A program made the translations under genes and the position numbers. The notes under the pieces were generated by a model. It saw only the letters and a list, made by a program, of their open reading frames with translations, was not told the origin of the DNA and made no database searches. 54,429 bases of DNA, from positions 1 to 54,429 of IMG/VR virus record IMGVR_UViG_3300009788_000023; one strand, 5' to 3'. Positions 32,994 to 42,065 of the stretch are shown here, one piece after another; position 1 is the stretch's first letter, and each line of letters starts with the position of its first letter. This DNA comes from a virus. Lineage: Duplodnaviria > Caudoviricetes.

Positions 32994-35306
32994 TTAACTT
33001 GGAATCGGAAGTTGCTTGTGGTAAAGTTTCAGGGCAATCAAAGTTGTATCCTGTGCGTTACTCGTCTGAATATCAAGTTTGGCGTTTATGCCCTTACCGC
33101 CTTTGCCGATTTTCTTATGGGCATTCTGAAGCGCAAAAGATGTAGAGCCCCAATTGAAGTTGCCCCACGTTCCCTGGCCCCAGATAAGCCATGAGCTATT
33201 AACTGCCAGTGAGCCGCTGCCGAGAACGAATTGCTTTGTCCTTTGGAATTCATTGCCGTTAAAAGAAATAGTCGTGTCGAACGTCACGCCCGAACTCTTG
33301 GCGACAATCGAAAGAGAATTGACGACTTTTTCAGTCGCTTCGTGTCCGAAGAAAAAGTCGCCTGTGGTATATTGAGTAGCTAAGTTCTGGGAAGTTGATG
33401 CGTCAAAATCTGTTTTGTTAAGGAAGTCTGCGCTGCCTGCAAAGTCGTGTTCCATTATATACTTGTTGATATTGTCGGCAGTATAAAGCGTTCCATCAAA
33501 AACATGCAAGTCATTCGCCGCCCAACTAACTGTTGACCATGCCCCGGTCAAGCCTTGAAACAGAAGCCTTGTTCCGTTTTTCACATCCCAGACGACCGTT
33601 GCCGTGTTCGTTGATTGATTCGGGCCGGTTATCGAAAGATAATACCTGTCCATATAGAAAACGCCGGCGGAATTATCTCTTTGTGCTGTGGGTATGCCTT
33701 TTTGGTTGCCGATTTTGTCTCGAATCGGGTCGCCTACAGGCCAAGGCAGTTCTCCGGTTTGCGGGTTAAAGGCATTGAAATTGGCCCAATAAATATTGCC
33801 GTTGAACTGCCATACAAGGCCGTTGCCAACATCGACAATCGAATCGTAAGCATCGCAACCGACGTCAGCAATTTTGACTGTGCTTGCGTTTGGATCTTCA
33901 AGGTTGGTCGTTAGCCATATCTGAGACTCGGTGAACCAAAATATCTGTTTATTGAAAAGAGCAGGGCCTATAAGGGCGTCCGGGAAGTATATGAAATTGA
34001 GTGCCGGAAACATATCCGGAGCCCCTCGCCTCGTATAGACGCCTTTGTTCGTTAGCTCGTCGGAACTATTTATGCCGATTCCCCATATTCTACTATCGTA
34101 TGCAATTGGATTTTTCAGTCTTGGCGGCGTTCCGGCATCTAAGGTAATTTCGACGCCCTCTTCTCCGTTCGGGACAACATCAACGAAATCCACGCTCTCG
34201 CCGGTTATAAGTCCCACGAAACGAAAAGGCCCGTCTGGGGTGTCTGCCGGCGAACGATAAACACCTATTGTATCGACGCCGGCTTCGAAATGGAAAGTCA
34301 TTAATGTAACCTTCTGGGGGGTGGCAGTTGCCCCTCCTGTGACCGCTATGGACGTGTTAACGCTATTGGGTCCGGACTCGCCGAACTTAGTCGATGCCCC
34401 GCCGTCGTCCCAGTTGTTCGTGAATCTATAATAATATGTCCCATTAATCGTTATTCCCCTGCCATCGGCCGTTGCTGCCCCTGTCGATATGACGAAGTGG
34501 CTGTGTGTTATTGTTGCGCCACCGAAGTTAGTTCCAGCACTGTATGCAATAGCAAAAGTTAAAGTTGTCGCTGTCTTTGCAGTAACCTCAATGCCGTCGG
34601 TATTATTCCATGTAGCCGCAGCGGTTCCGGAAACGCCGACGAAAAGAACGTGCTCAGCAACTTCAACATCGTCGGTATCCCCGGCATTAAATGTTATCTC
34701 TGTACTTGCCCCGCCACCTGCCGTTGCATGGGAATTGTATGTTAAGGTAGCTGTAACGCCACCGTCAACTGGTACGCCAAGGCCAAGGTCGGATGAAGCC
34801 GTGTCAATTGTTCCTATCCAGCGCTGAGGCACATCCTTGCCGTTACAGAAAATCAAGTCCTCTGCTTCGTTAATGCTGTACTTGGCGAAACGGACCTGAT
34901 TGCCGGAGGTTAAGCCGGTCTTAATGGGAGTGCCGCCGCCTTGGCCTGCCCATCTGTCGTTGGCTTCGTCGTAAACACTGACTTCGTCCGTAGCCCCCGC
35001 ATCCCAACTGGCAACGCGGTAATCTGCGCCTCGGAGCTCTACAATAATAAACGTAAGAGGCGGAGCGCTGTCCGGCAATATCGTGTCCTCAGAAGCGACA
35101 AGCCATGGCCTGAACGGGCCGCGGGTTACGAGCGTGCGGTTCGGCTGGTGGTAGTAATTCGATAAGGCCGTTTGCTGGTCCTTGCGAATCGAGGCCGAAG
35201 GCTCTGCGGTATTCAAGCCGCCACTGAAGTCATCCATCTGCCACGGCTCCCATGTCTCGGAAGGTTGGCTGGGAAGTTTCGGAATTGGGATTGGTATATT
35301 CAGCAT
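32994..35306 (-). CDS. Tail nozzle/stabilisation protein (P22 gp10/T7 gp12-like)
   Basis: DFSGGLN N-terminal motif, 770 aa, beta-rich, follows adaptors. Confidence 0.75.
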   Translation of the reverse strand: MLNIPIPIPKLPSQPSETWEPWQMDDFSGGLNTAEPSASIRKDQQTALSNYYHQPNRTLVTRGPFRPWLVASEDTILPDSAPPLTFIIVELRGADYRVASWDAGATDEVSVYDEANDRWAGQGGGTPIKTGLTSGNQVRFAKYSINEAEDLIFCNGKDVPQRWIGTIDTASSDLGLGVPVDGGVTATLTYNSHATAGGGASTEITFNAGDTDDVEVAEHVLFVGVSGTAAATWNNTDGIEVTAKTATTLTFAIAYSAGTNFGGATITHSHFVISTGAATADGRGITINGTYYYRFTNNWDDGGASTKFGESGPNSVNTSIAVTGGATATPQKVTLMTFHFEAGVDTIGVYRSPADTPDGPFRFVGLITGESVDFVDVVPNGEEGVEITLDAGTPPRLKNPIAYDSRIWGIGINSSDELTNKGVYTRRGAPDMFPALNFIYFPDALIGPALFNKQIFWFTESQIWLTTNLEDPNASTVKIADVGCDAYDSIVDVGNGLVWQFNGNIYWANFNAFNPQTGELPWPVGDPIRDKIGNQKGIPTAQRDNSAGVFYMDRYYLSITGPNQSTNTATVVWDVKNGTRLLFQGLTGAWSTVSWAANDLHVFDGTLYTADNINKYIMEHDFAGSADFLNKTDFDASTSQNLATQYTTGDFFFGHEATEKVVNSLSIVAKSSGVTFDTTISFNGNEFQRTKQFVLGSGSLAVNSSWLIWGQGTWGNFNWGSTSFALQNAHKKIGKGGKGINAKLDIQTSNAQDTTLIALKLYHKQLPIPS

Positions 35307-35314
35307 AGTTAAAT

Positions 35315-35345
35315 AAAAAAGGACGACCGTTTTATGGCCGCCCTT
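35315..35345 (-). terminator. Intrinsic terminator-like hairpin upstream of the nozzle gene
   Basis: AAGGGCGGCC/GGTCGTCCTT + T-run. Confidence 0.55.
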
Positions 35346-35375
35346 CGAAGGAGGGTAGTAATGAAAAAGAATCGA

Positions 35376-35651
35376 TTAAATTCTACTTGGGTCGCGTTTG
35401 GGTGAAACCGAGCGAGGGGGTCCGCCCGGAGCATTTTTCTTCGAGGCTTTCTTAGGGACGCTTTTTGAGCGAACACTAATAAGTTGTGGCTCGTCAAACC
35501 AAACCTCGGTTAGGAATTCTCCATCTTTATTCAACTTATCAGGGATAATCATTACCCGAACACACCCATAAAGATAAATTGCACGCGCAACCGCAATGCC
35601 TTCGTAGCCAGTGATTGAATCTTTGTACTTTTTCCCTAATGTCACTTTCAT
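35376..35651 (-). CDS. Conserved small phage protein
   Basis: LG...KD.ITG.EGI..AR..YLYGC...WFDE..L pattern. Confidence 0.75.
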   Translation of the reverse strand: MKVTLGKKYKDSITGYEGIAVARAIYLYGCVRVMIIPDKLNKDGEFLTEVWFDEPQLISVRSKSVPKKASKKNAPGGPPRSVSPKRDPSRI

Positions 35652-35664
35652 AATTCTTTCCTTT

Positions 35665-36276
35665 CTAATTTGCGTCACCTAAAAGTTTATTCTTATTGAT
35701 GGCTCTCGCGCCTTCTCTGATAGCGTAATACTGAGCCATTTCCGAGGATGCAAGAATCGAATCCCTGTCGGAATATCTTACCCTTGCGATTCCCCAGTCA
35801 ACGATTGCAGGTTCATACTCCGCCGGAAAATCAAACGTACTACCAACGGCCGTCATAACCGTAGGCGTTCGGAAGTAGGATATATTCAAGGCATCGGCGC
35901 CTGTCGCCGTTGGCGGGATAACTTCGATATAAAGAACGCCATTGAACTCAAACCAAGCAGTCGCGTTTGTCGGCGTTTCTTTGTCGGCTCCGAACTGATA
36001 AGTGACTTCGTGATGAAACGTCCTCGAAAGTGGAGTGCCGTTGAATTCGACTTCGAACACGGCTACGTTATTCGTTAATGAAGCCGATAAGGTAAACTTG
36101 AAATTCGTATTGTCGGTATTGATATTGGCTGTACCCTGCAAGGCGCCCGAGAGGGTGCAGAAGTCCTTAGCTCCGCGATTGATGTATCGCAGAAGGACGG
36201 CATCATCCACGCTCAAATCGTCCGTGTCTTGAGTCTCGTCACGAATCTCATCTATTATATCCTGGCCTGTTGACAT
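35665..36276 (-). CDS. Head-tail adaptor-like protein
   Basis: DAVLLRYINRG, L.ISY...P, P.EY..AIVD pattern; position. Confidence 0.7.
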   Translation of the reverse strand: MSTGQDIIDEIRDETQDTDDLSVDDAVLLRYINRGAKDFCTLSGALQGTANINTDNTNFKFTLSASLTNNVAVFEVEFNGTPLSRTFHHEVTYQFGADKETPTNATAWFEFNGVLYIEVIPPTATGADALNISYFRTPTVMTAVGSTFDFPAEYEPAIVDWGIARVRYSDRDSILASSEMAQYYAIREGARAINKNKLLGDAN

Positions 36277-36279
36277 TAT

Positions 36280-36843
36280 TTATCCAACCAATTTTAAGGG
36301 ATTAAGGGCTTTGAGGCGCTCTATGACGTTGGCGTGAATTTGGCTAATCCTTGACTCTGTAAGTCCAATGGCCTTAGATACGTCCGCTTGCGTACAACCG
36401 TCAAGGTACATTGACTTCATAAGAAGTTGCTCTTCATTTGAAAGCGAAGGGTGATTTACTAAATAATTAATCAAATCCTTCTGTTCGAGGTCGTCATTCT
36501 TGGCGATTAGTGTGGTTTCAAATCCATCGCCATCTTCGACTTGCGAACTGAATGTTATGTCAGAAATGAAATTCATAAAAGGAAAATGCTTCCATCGCTT
36601 CCCCGTTTGTCGCCGTTCGTACATTCGGTACTTAAGAATGCCCCGCATATAATCAATCATATCCCAGCGAATACGAGCAGGAGCATATTTGATTTTAGAC
36701 TGAGGCATACGCCTAACTCCGCCTTCGAGCCAAGCCGAGTTTATTAATTCCCAATAATCGAATTGTTTATTGCAGTATATTTGGGCCCATTTATGAAACG
36801 CAGCCTCGACCTGCTCAAACTGTATCGTGTTGGCCTTAATCAT
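36280..36843 (-). CDS. Sigma-70 family RNA polymerase sigma factor, FliA/WhiG-like
   Basis: YA..RIRWDMIDYMR (region 2) and TQADVSKAIGLTESRISQIH (region 4). Confidence 0.8.
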   Translation of the reverse strand: MIKANTIQFEQVEAAFHKWAQIYCNKQFDYWELINSAWLEGGVRRMPQSKIKYAPARIRWDMIDYMRGILKYRMYERRQTGKRWKHFPFMNFISDITFSSQVEDGDGFETTLIAKNDDLEQKDLINYLVNHPSLSNEEQLLMKSMYLDGCTQADVSKAIGLTESRISQIHANVIERLKALNPLKLVG

Positions 36844-37547
36844 TAGAAGTTGGCCCTCAGTTGCGGTGAACGGAAATTCGCCGGGCGATTCTCTCGCATC
36901 TGGATATGCTGTGGGCCGCTGTGGCCCCGCATCTTCTCTCGTATATCTTTTTTCCTGTCTTGGTACCTTGCTTCATCTGCACGGCCATCAAGGCCAAGGG
37001 CATCCAAGGCAATTGAAGTAGCCTTCGAACGCAAAGCGGGATGATACCAGCCGGGGAAAGTCGATACGGAATCTTCGTCTGGAATGGATTCGATGTCCAA
37101 GTCAATTGTGTAAACCTGGCCGGGCGTATTGCGCAATCGCATTCTAAGTATCCCTGAACCATCGGTATCCATTGCGTATTTGGTCGGGAATGAAGATGCG
37201 GAGTTTTCTCGGGGATCCCATCTGTAGAAACTTCCCAAGTCGCCGAAGAAGGGCGTCAAAATTACTCCTTCCGAAATAATCCTAACAGTGCCGTCAACCA
37301 CCTGAATAGCAGTAGAAGGCAAATCAACATAATTCTGGCTTGCTACAGTCGTAAGAGTCGTGTGGGACGTTATGACCTTCGGAGCGTCAAGGCTGCGGTC
37401 GATAGAGAAATCGATAAGAGCTTCGTTGATGGCGCCGTAGATGGATTTTCTGTCGTTCGCTGTAATTTGAGCCCGTCCAGACAAGCGCACAACCTTCGCT
37501 TCGATTGTCCTCTGGATTACATTAAAACTTAGTGACCATGCAGCCAT
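36843..37547 (-). CDS. Head-tail adaptor-like protein
   Basis: AINEAL, T.A.Q.YV.LP, TP..VYTI, FPGWYH.AL pattern; position. Confidence 0.65.
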   Translation of the reverse strand: MAAWSLSFNVIQRTIEAKVVRLSGRAQITANDRKSIYGAINEALIDFSIDRSLDAPKVITSHTTLTTVASQNYVDLPSTAIQVVDGTVRIISEGVILTPFFGDLGSFYRWDPRENSASSFPTKYAMDTDGSGILRMRLRNTPGQVYTIDLDIESIPDEDSVSTFPGWYHPALRSKATSIALDALGLDGRADEARYQDRKKDIREKMRGHSGPQHIQMRENRPANFRSPQLRANF

Positions 37548-37549
37548 GA

Positions 37550-37744
37550 TTAACCTGCCTTATTGTATTGAGTAAGGTTTCTTTTTGCAGCCTGAAGTTT
37601 GTTTTGTTTTTCGACTTGCTTCTGTTGTTTTTGTTTAAGCTTATCTTGAGCCTTAATACCCTTTGTTATCTGGGCATCAGTAGCATTTATCTTTATTTGG
37701 TTCTTCGCAATTTCTGCGTTGATTTCTGTTAAATTGAGTGCCAT
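37550..37744 (-). CDS. Small coiled-coil protein
   Basis: GAGGG RBS; Gln/Lys-rich. Confidence 0.6.
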   Translation of the reverse strand: MALNLTEINAEIAKNQIKINATDAQITKGIKAQDKLKQKQQKQVEKQNKLQAAKRNLTQYNKAG

Positions 37745-37785
37745 GATTTGTCCCTCAAATTACGTTTATATTTAATCCTCCTGAA

Positions 37786-37858
37786 TAGCAGCGTCGGGAT
37801 TCGAACCCGAGACCTTGTGGATATGAGCCACATGAGATAACCGCTTCTCTACGCTGCG
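37786..37858 (-). tRNA. tRNA-Met (CAU), initiator-like
   Basis: CGCAGCG TA GAGA AGCGGTTA TCTC A TGTGG CTCATAT CCACA AGGTC TCGGG TTCGAAT CCCGA CGCTGCT A; C1xU72, A11-U24. Confidence 0.88.
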
Positions 37859-37863
37859 ATGTA

Positions 37864-38301
37864 CTAAAAATCATTATCAACTATAGCATCGTTCGTTACC
37901 CTTTTGCGGGCCGAATGATGTAGTGCTTCGCCAAATTCCTCGGAGCATTCCCGAATCAAATCCTTCTGCCGTTTTTCCTCGGTTCCCTTTTCGTCTTGGC
38001 GCATCCGTACAACATCACGCATACTCAAGCTGCTGTTATGCTTGACGTTCCAGAATGCCATGGCAAACGATTCGTTCATCGCAAACGACCGGATACATTG
38101 CACTTGGCCGTGGTGGTCGTAGAAGATAAGGAAGTTGTTAGATTCAGGATTGAAGCGAAGATGTAGTTCCGGGTCAAACTCTTTGAGCGTTTTATCCCAC
38201 TCCTTCGGCGTCCCGGACGGTTGCGGTAGGTTATGGAAAAACGAGCGCATCCGCAAATCTGCGCTCGACTTTTCGCTGAATTCAATTTCGCTTGCTATCA
38301 T
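37864..38301 (-). CDS. Hypothetical protein
   Basis: Start reassigned to MIASE; LKEFDPELHLRFN. Confidence 0.65.
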   Translation of the reverse strand: MIASEIEFSEKSSADLRMRSFFHNLPQPSGTPKEWDKTLKEFDPELHLRFNPESNNFLIFYDHHGQVQCIRSFAMNESFAMAFWNVKHNSSLSMRDVVRMRQDEKGTEEKRQKDLIRECSEEFGEALHHSARKRVTNDAIVDNDF

Positions 38302-38309
38302 AGGATGAA

Positions 38310-38807
38310 TTACCCTTTTTTGCCGAGGATGTCCCTTGTGACTGCGACTGCACCCTTTTTGACATTGATGGCCGTCCTGCATGTTTGCAGTTGGGCTAAC
38401 AATCGCTGTTCGCTTTCCATAAGTTTGTTCAAGTCGCCTTCGTGCAGTTTGAGTTTTGCTCGAATATCTTCTCGGCTGATAGGTTCTGTGCTGACAGGCT
38501 TCGCAGGTTGTGGCTCCGGCTTCGGTTCGCTCTTGGGCGTTACGATTGGTTCGTTCTGGACGCCCTCGAATTTCTTGATAACGGGTCGGTTGCCCTTCAA
38601 TGGGTCGTTGGGGTCAACCGCTGTGACCGCACACGCATCGGGTACCGCAGGGTCAATTTTCGGCACATCTAAAGCAATCAACTTGCCGTCCTTGCCTGCA
38701 CAATCGTCGCAACAATTGAGTTCCTTGCCCGGAACCTTGCCGAGATTAGGTTTGTATTTTTTCAGTTCTTTTGTTTCTCCGCAGCGTTCACATCTCTCTT
38801 CTGGCAT
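38310..38807 (-). CDS. Hypothetical protein (zinc finger, Pro-rich linker, coiled coil)
   Basis: AGGAG RBS; ORF track. Confidence 0.7.
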   Translation of the reverse strand: MPEERCERCGETKELKKYKPNLGKVPGKELNCCDDCAGKDGKLIALDVPKIDPAVPDACAVTAVDPNDPLKGNRPVIKKFEGVQNEPIVTPKSEPKPEPQPAKPVSTEPISREDIRAKLKLHEGDLNKLMESEQRLLAQLQTCRTAINVKKGAVAVTRDILGKKG

Positions 38808-38821
38808 AACATTACTCCTTT

Positions 38822-39016
38822 TTAGTTTTCGATTTCTTTGAGCATATTTTGCAAGGCTTCCTGGGCGCCATTAAATCTGAGCTCATTAGCCTTGCATTCG
38901 TTCAGTATGGTCTGTGCCTGAGCGCCCTTTTCTCGGTTCGCAAGTAGTTCCTTTTGAAGTGCGGCCATGCGATTTTTGATTGTCTGGGCTATTGTGGATT
39001 CTTCTGGTTCTGGCAT
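38822..39016 (-). CDS. Small coiled-coil protein
   Basis: Start reassigned to MPEPEEST. Confidence 0.55.
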   Translation of the reverse strand: MPEPEESTIAQTIKNRMAALQKELLANREKGAQAQTILNECKANELRFNGAQEALQNMLKEIEN

Positions 39017-40263
39017 TGCTGTCCCTTCCTTGGTCGAATTACCATCGCGCCGCACCAAGGGCATTTGCCGACTCTTTGAGCGGGATGGAAGTAATGTACG
39101 TTCTTGCAAGCAGGGCATTGTCCGATGTCTGTATTATTGCTTGCTACCTGTGGGTATTTTGATGTCCCTGCAATCTCATAATTTGTATCCGAATCCGGCC
39201 ATCTGCTCGGGAACGTTAGTCGCATTGGCTCTAATTCGGATATTGCTTTGGCGGCACGTTCGCAGGCGTTGCCGTCTATGGGGCCGAAGAAGTCTTTTGA
39301 TAATTGGTCAATAACATCTTGATTGGCGTTTGACTTGCCCAACGTGGCGTCATTGACTTCTCTAAGGCTTTTAATCCCTGTCGAAACGCTTGCCAACAAA
39401 TAACCCTTATTCCCGCAGTTGCCGAACCGCAAAGCGGGTATCCCCATCAAGTGAGCCTCAATTGCCATCGTAGAAGCAGGATGAACCAAAAGGTCGGTAT
39501 GCTCTAAAGTCTCTCTCGCAGAAGGTAGCTGGATAACCTTGATGTCCGTGTCTTTGAAATAGTGTTCGTACTCGGCTGCGGCTTCAACCGGATGCGTTTT
39601 TAAGGTTATGTCCCATTCATCTTTCAAGTCGTCGTAACAATCGAGGATTTCGTCGATCCACAGCATCCGGCCTTCTCGGCCTTTGTCGAAGTAGTATTTA
39701 TGCAAGGGACTTCCAAAGGGGGCTTCAGGCACCGAGAATGCCGAAGTCCTGTCAGCGTAGTCCCAAGAGGCGGCTAACACAAGATGTTTCTTGCCGGGAT
39801 TATTCGCCTCCCGTTTCTTTATTGGAAAATATGGGTCGAAGGCTATGCCGCCGATTACTTTAACATTCTTGTTCAGCACTTCGCTTCTGCCCATTAGAAT
39901 TTCTTTGAACGGCTCGGACCAAACCAATTCTAAATCAACGAAATAATCCCATGAGCTTATGTATAAGCGTCTTTTGTCCTCGCTGGCTTCATCGTAGTCA
40001 TGCTTAGTCAATCCAGGCTCACAGCGACGTACAGCGACCTTGATGCCCATTCTACGGCAGGCTATACAGAAGTCTCTGCAATATTCGCTTCCAGCCTCCG
40101 GCACAACGACAACGTGGGGTTTGTATTTGAGAACTTCTCTGCGGCCATGCGGTATGAACTGAATAGCCTCGGCGGTATGACCGAGTTTCTTTAGATGGTT
40201 GGCGATGCTCTGGTCAATCCATCCGTCACGTGATATTGTCTGAGTCAGTATTAGGACTCTCAT
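38989..40263 (-). CDS. GT-B fold glycosyltransferase-like (surface carbohydrate biosynthesis) protein
   Basis: MRVLIL.., VIGGIAFD, LKTHPVE, STMAIEAHLMGIPAL; C-terminal CxxC pair. Confidence 0.7.
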   Translation of the reverse strand: MRVLILTQTISRDGWIDQSIANHLKKLGHTAEAIQFIPHGRREVLKYKPHVVVVPEAGSEYCRDFCIACRRMGIKVAVRRCEPGLTKHDYDEASEDKRRLYISSWDYFVDLELVWSEPFKEILMGRSEVLNKNVKVIGGIAFDPYFPIKKREANNPGKKHLVLAASWDYADRTSAFSVPEAPFGSPLHKYYFDKGREGRMLWIDEILDCYDDLKDEWDITLKTHPVEAAAEYEHYFKDTDIKVIQLPSARETLEHTDLLVHPASTMAIEAHLMGIPALRFGNCGNKGYLLASVSTGIKSLREVNDATLGKSNANQDVIDQLSKDFFGPIDGNACERAAKAISELEPMRLTFPSRWPDSDTNYEIAGTSKYPQVASNNTDIGQCPACKNVHYFHPAQRVGKCPWCGAMVIRPRKGQQCQNQKNPQ

Positions 40264-40271
40264 TTAATTCC

Positions 40272-40562
40272 TTATAACAATAATAACTCACCAACAATAA
40301 CATTGTTTGCACCAATGAAAAGGTGCTCAGGGTTTTCTCGGTGATATTCTTTCTCGCAAGGACTGCAAGTAAGCACAAGATTAGACTGTTTATTAGAACC
40401 GCCAGCCCAACGAGATATTATGTGATGCGCCTGAGCTTTTCTACTACTCGGCCAATCAGGTTTTTCGCCTCTTAAGTGCAGTGGACAACCACATCTTTCG
40501 CATTGAGCGCCACGCCTTTTCATCAAAGCAAGCTTTTTTCTTTTTGTGACACTCTTACTCAT
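40272..40562 (-). CDS. HNH endonuclease
   Basis: CERCG...HHII....GG.N..SNL...C..C...H. Confidence 0.85.
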   Translation of the reverse strand: MSKSVTKRKKLALMKRRGAQCERCGCPLHLRGEKPDWPSSRKAQAHHIISRWAGGSNKQSNLVLTCSPCEKEYHRENPEHLFIGANNVIVGELLLL

Positions 40563-40768
40563 TTCACCTTAAACCCTATTGGTTTTAATTCAGTCGTTTC
40601 TAATTCACATTCAGCTACATTTTCAGTATGATGTTTACCATCATTATCTATATAACTAAACTCATATTCATTTAGCCCGTTTCTTATATGTATTGCGGTT
40701 ATTTTGCCTATAAGACCGTAACAACTCACTGTTTGCCCATATTCGTATTTAGTTTCTATCGTTGGCAC
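40559..40768 (-). CDS. Small hypothetical protein
   Basis: IETKYEYGQ.V...IGF. Confidence 0.6.
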   Translation of the reverse strand: MPTIETKYEYGQTVSCYGLIGKITAIHIRNGLNEYEFSYIDNDGKHHTENVAECELETTELKPIGFKVK

Positions 40769-41674
40769 TCATTTTCCCTTCCTATACAAAAGCGTCATTA
40801 AAGTACCGTAAAACGGGGGGCAAATTATACTCAAGTTTTTGGTTAAATCTCGGTTTTCAATTGCATAGGCCATCGTACAAATATCCGGTTTAACATCAGC
40901 ATAAGGCGTTTCCTCGTAGAAGAACTTCTCTCCGAGTTTCTTAAAGCCGTTCTTTCGGAAATACTCGTCGAACAGCTTTGGCTTGAAGTGCATCAGGTGA
41001 CTCTTAGGCTTGTGCTGATTCCAGTGGATTCCGAAAACCTTAGCGGCAATGCAGTCCGAGTTCGGCGTGCTGGTAATGAAAATCATGCCGTTGTCTTTGA
41101 GTAACGATATCGCTTTGTCAAGCGTTTCCCTCGGCTGTGCCATGTGTTCGATTGAGCCGCGGAAGATTATTAGGTCAAAGCGGTGTTCGGTCTGGACACA
41201 AGTTAAATCCATCGACCAAACGTGATGGAAATTTCTCTCTGCCTTTTCGCGTGCTTTCTTGCCGACTTCTACGCCGTAGAGAGTTGTTCCAAGAAAATAC
41301 GTACACAGCCACGCAAAGCTCCCGTCGCCACAACCGACATCAAGGATTGTCAAGTGACGTAGTTTTCCTGTCTGAGAAAGATATGGCCTTATCCAAGAAT
41401 ATTCCAACTGGTACATCTTCTTACGACGTACTTCATCAACCTCATGCTGTTCCTGATAGTCGTCGTAATACTTGCGGAGATATTCAAGCGTGTACCGCGT
41501 CCGAAGATAAATCAACCCACATTCACAAAGAACCTGCTCGCAATTATCCTTACACTCGCTTCCGCCCCAGTCGTTGCTGTAATTCTCCGAACCGCACCAG
41601 GGGCAATCAGAAACGGTTTCTCTTTCGCTTTCGGTGCCAAGGTGGATAATGTTCGTCTTGCCGGGCTCTACCAT
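40769..41674 (-). CDS. Class I SAM-dependent methyltransferase with N-terminal zinc ribbon (polysaccharide-locus type)
   Basis: CPWCGS...C.CGLIY; ILDVGCGDG; FDLI....IEH..P; STPN. Confidence 0.85.
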   Translation of the reverse strand: MVEPGKTNIIHLGTESERETVSDCPWCGSENYSNDWGGSECKDNCEQVLCECGLIYLRTRYTLEYLRKYYDDYQEQHEVDEVRRKKMYQLEYSWIRPYLSQTGKLRHLTILDVGCGDGSFAWLCTYFLGTTLYGVEVGKKAREKAERNFHHVWSMDLTCVQTEHRFDLIIFRGSIEHMAQPRETLDKAISLLKDNGMIFITSTPNSDCIAAKVFGIHWNQHKPKSHLMHFKPKLFDEYFRKNGFKKLGEKFFYEETPYADVKPDICTMAYAIENRDLTKNLSIICPPFYGTLMTLLYRKGK

Positions 41675-41811
41675 CAAAAGCCTCCTATGCACTCAATGTC
41701 TCTTTGGTGACGTTTGGAGCATTTCTTTCGGCCACAAAGACGGGGTTCGTTGTTCTGTGGCTTGGAAGGCTTTTTACAAATCGGGCATTGATTTATGTTT
41801 CTTTCCTTCAT
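41674..41811 (-). CDS. Small Cys-rich protein (45 aa)
   Basis: MKERNINQCPICKK...; TGATG coupling. Confidence 0.5.
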   Translation of the reverse strand: MKERNINQCPICKKPSKPQNNEPRLCGRKKCSKRHQRDIECIGGF

Positions 41812-41827
41812 TTTCTTTCCTTTAGTA

Positions 41828-41947
41828 TTATTTCATCAGAAAATGAATAATGGCATCAATTAAATCAGGTTCTCCACAGAAACAAACCAAAAGTAAAACG
41901 ATACCTAAAAAGACTTGTTCGGGGTATTCTATCTTTACTTTGTCCAT
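41828..41947 (-). CDS. Small membrane peptide (39 aa)
   Basis: MDKVK...FLGIVLLLVCFCGEPDLIDAIIHFL; GAAGGA RBS. Confidence 0.55.
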   Translation of the reverse strand: MDKVKIEYPEQVFLGIVLLLVCFCGEPDLIDAIIHFLMK

Positions 41948-41959
41948 TTTCTTTCCTTC

Positions 41960-42001
41960 AAAAACTGGGTAGCTGGCCGGGGGTCAAGCAACCAGCTACC
42001 C
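41960..42001 (-). terminator. Intrinsic terminator-like hairpin
   Basis: GGGTAGCTGG/CCAGCTACCC + AGTTTTT. Confidence 0.6.
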
Positions 42002-42024
42002 TTATTCCATCAAATCCATTTCCC

Positions 42025-42052
42025 TCTATAACAAATAAATTCCATTTGTCAA
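42025..42052 (-). promoter_or_regulatory. Possible internal sigma-70 promoter
   Basis: TTGACA-16-TATAGA. Confidence 0.45.
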
Positions 42053-42065
42053 GAGAAAAATAATT

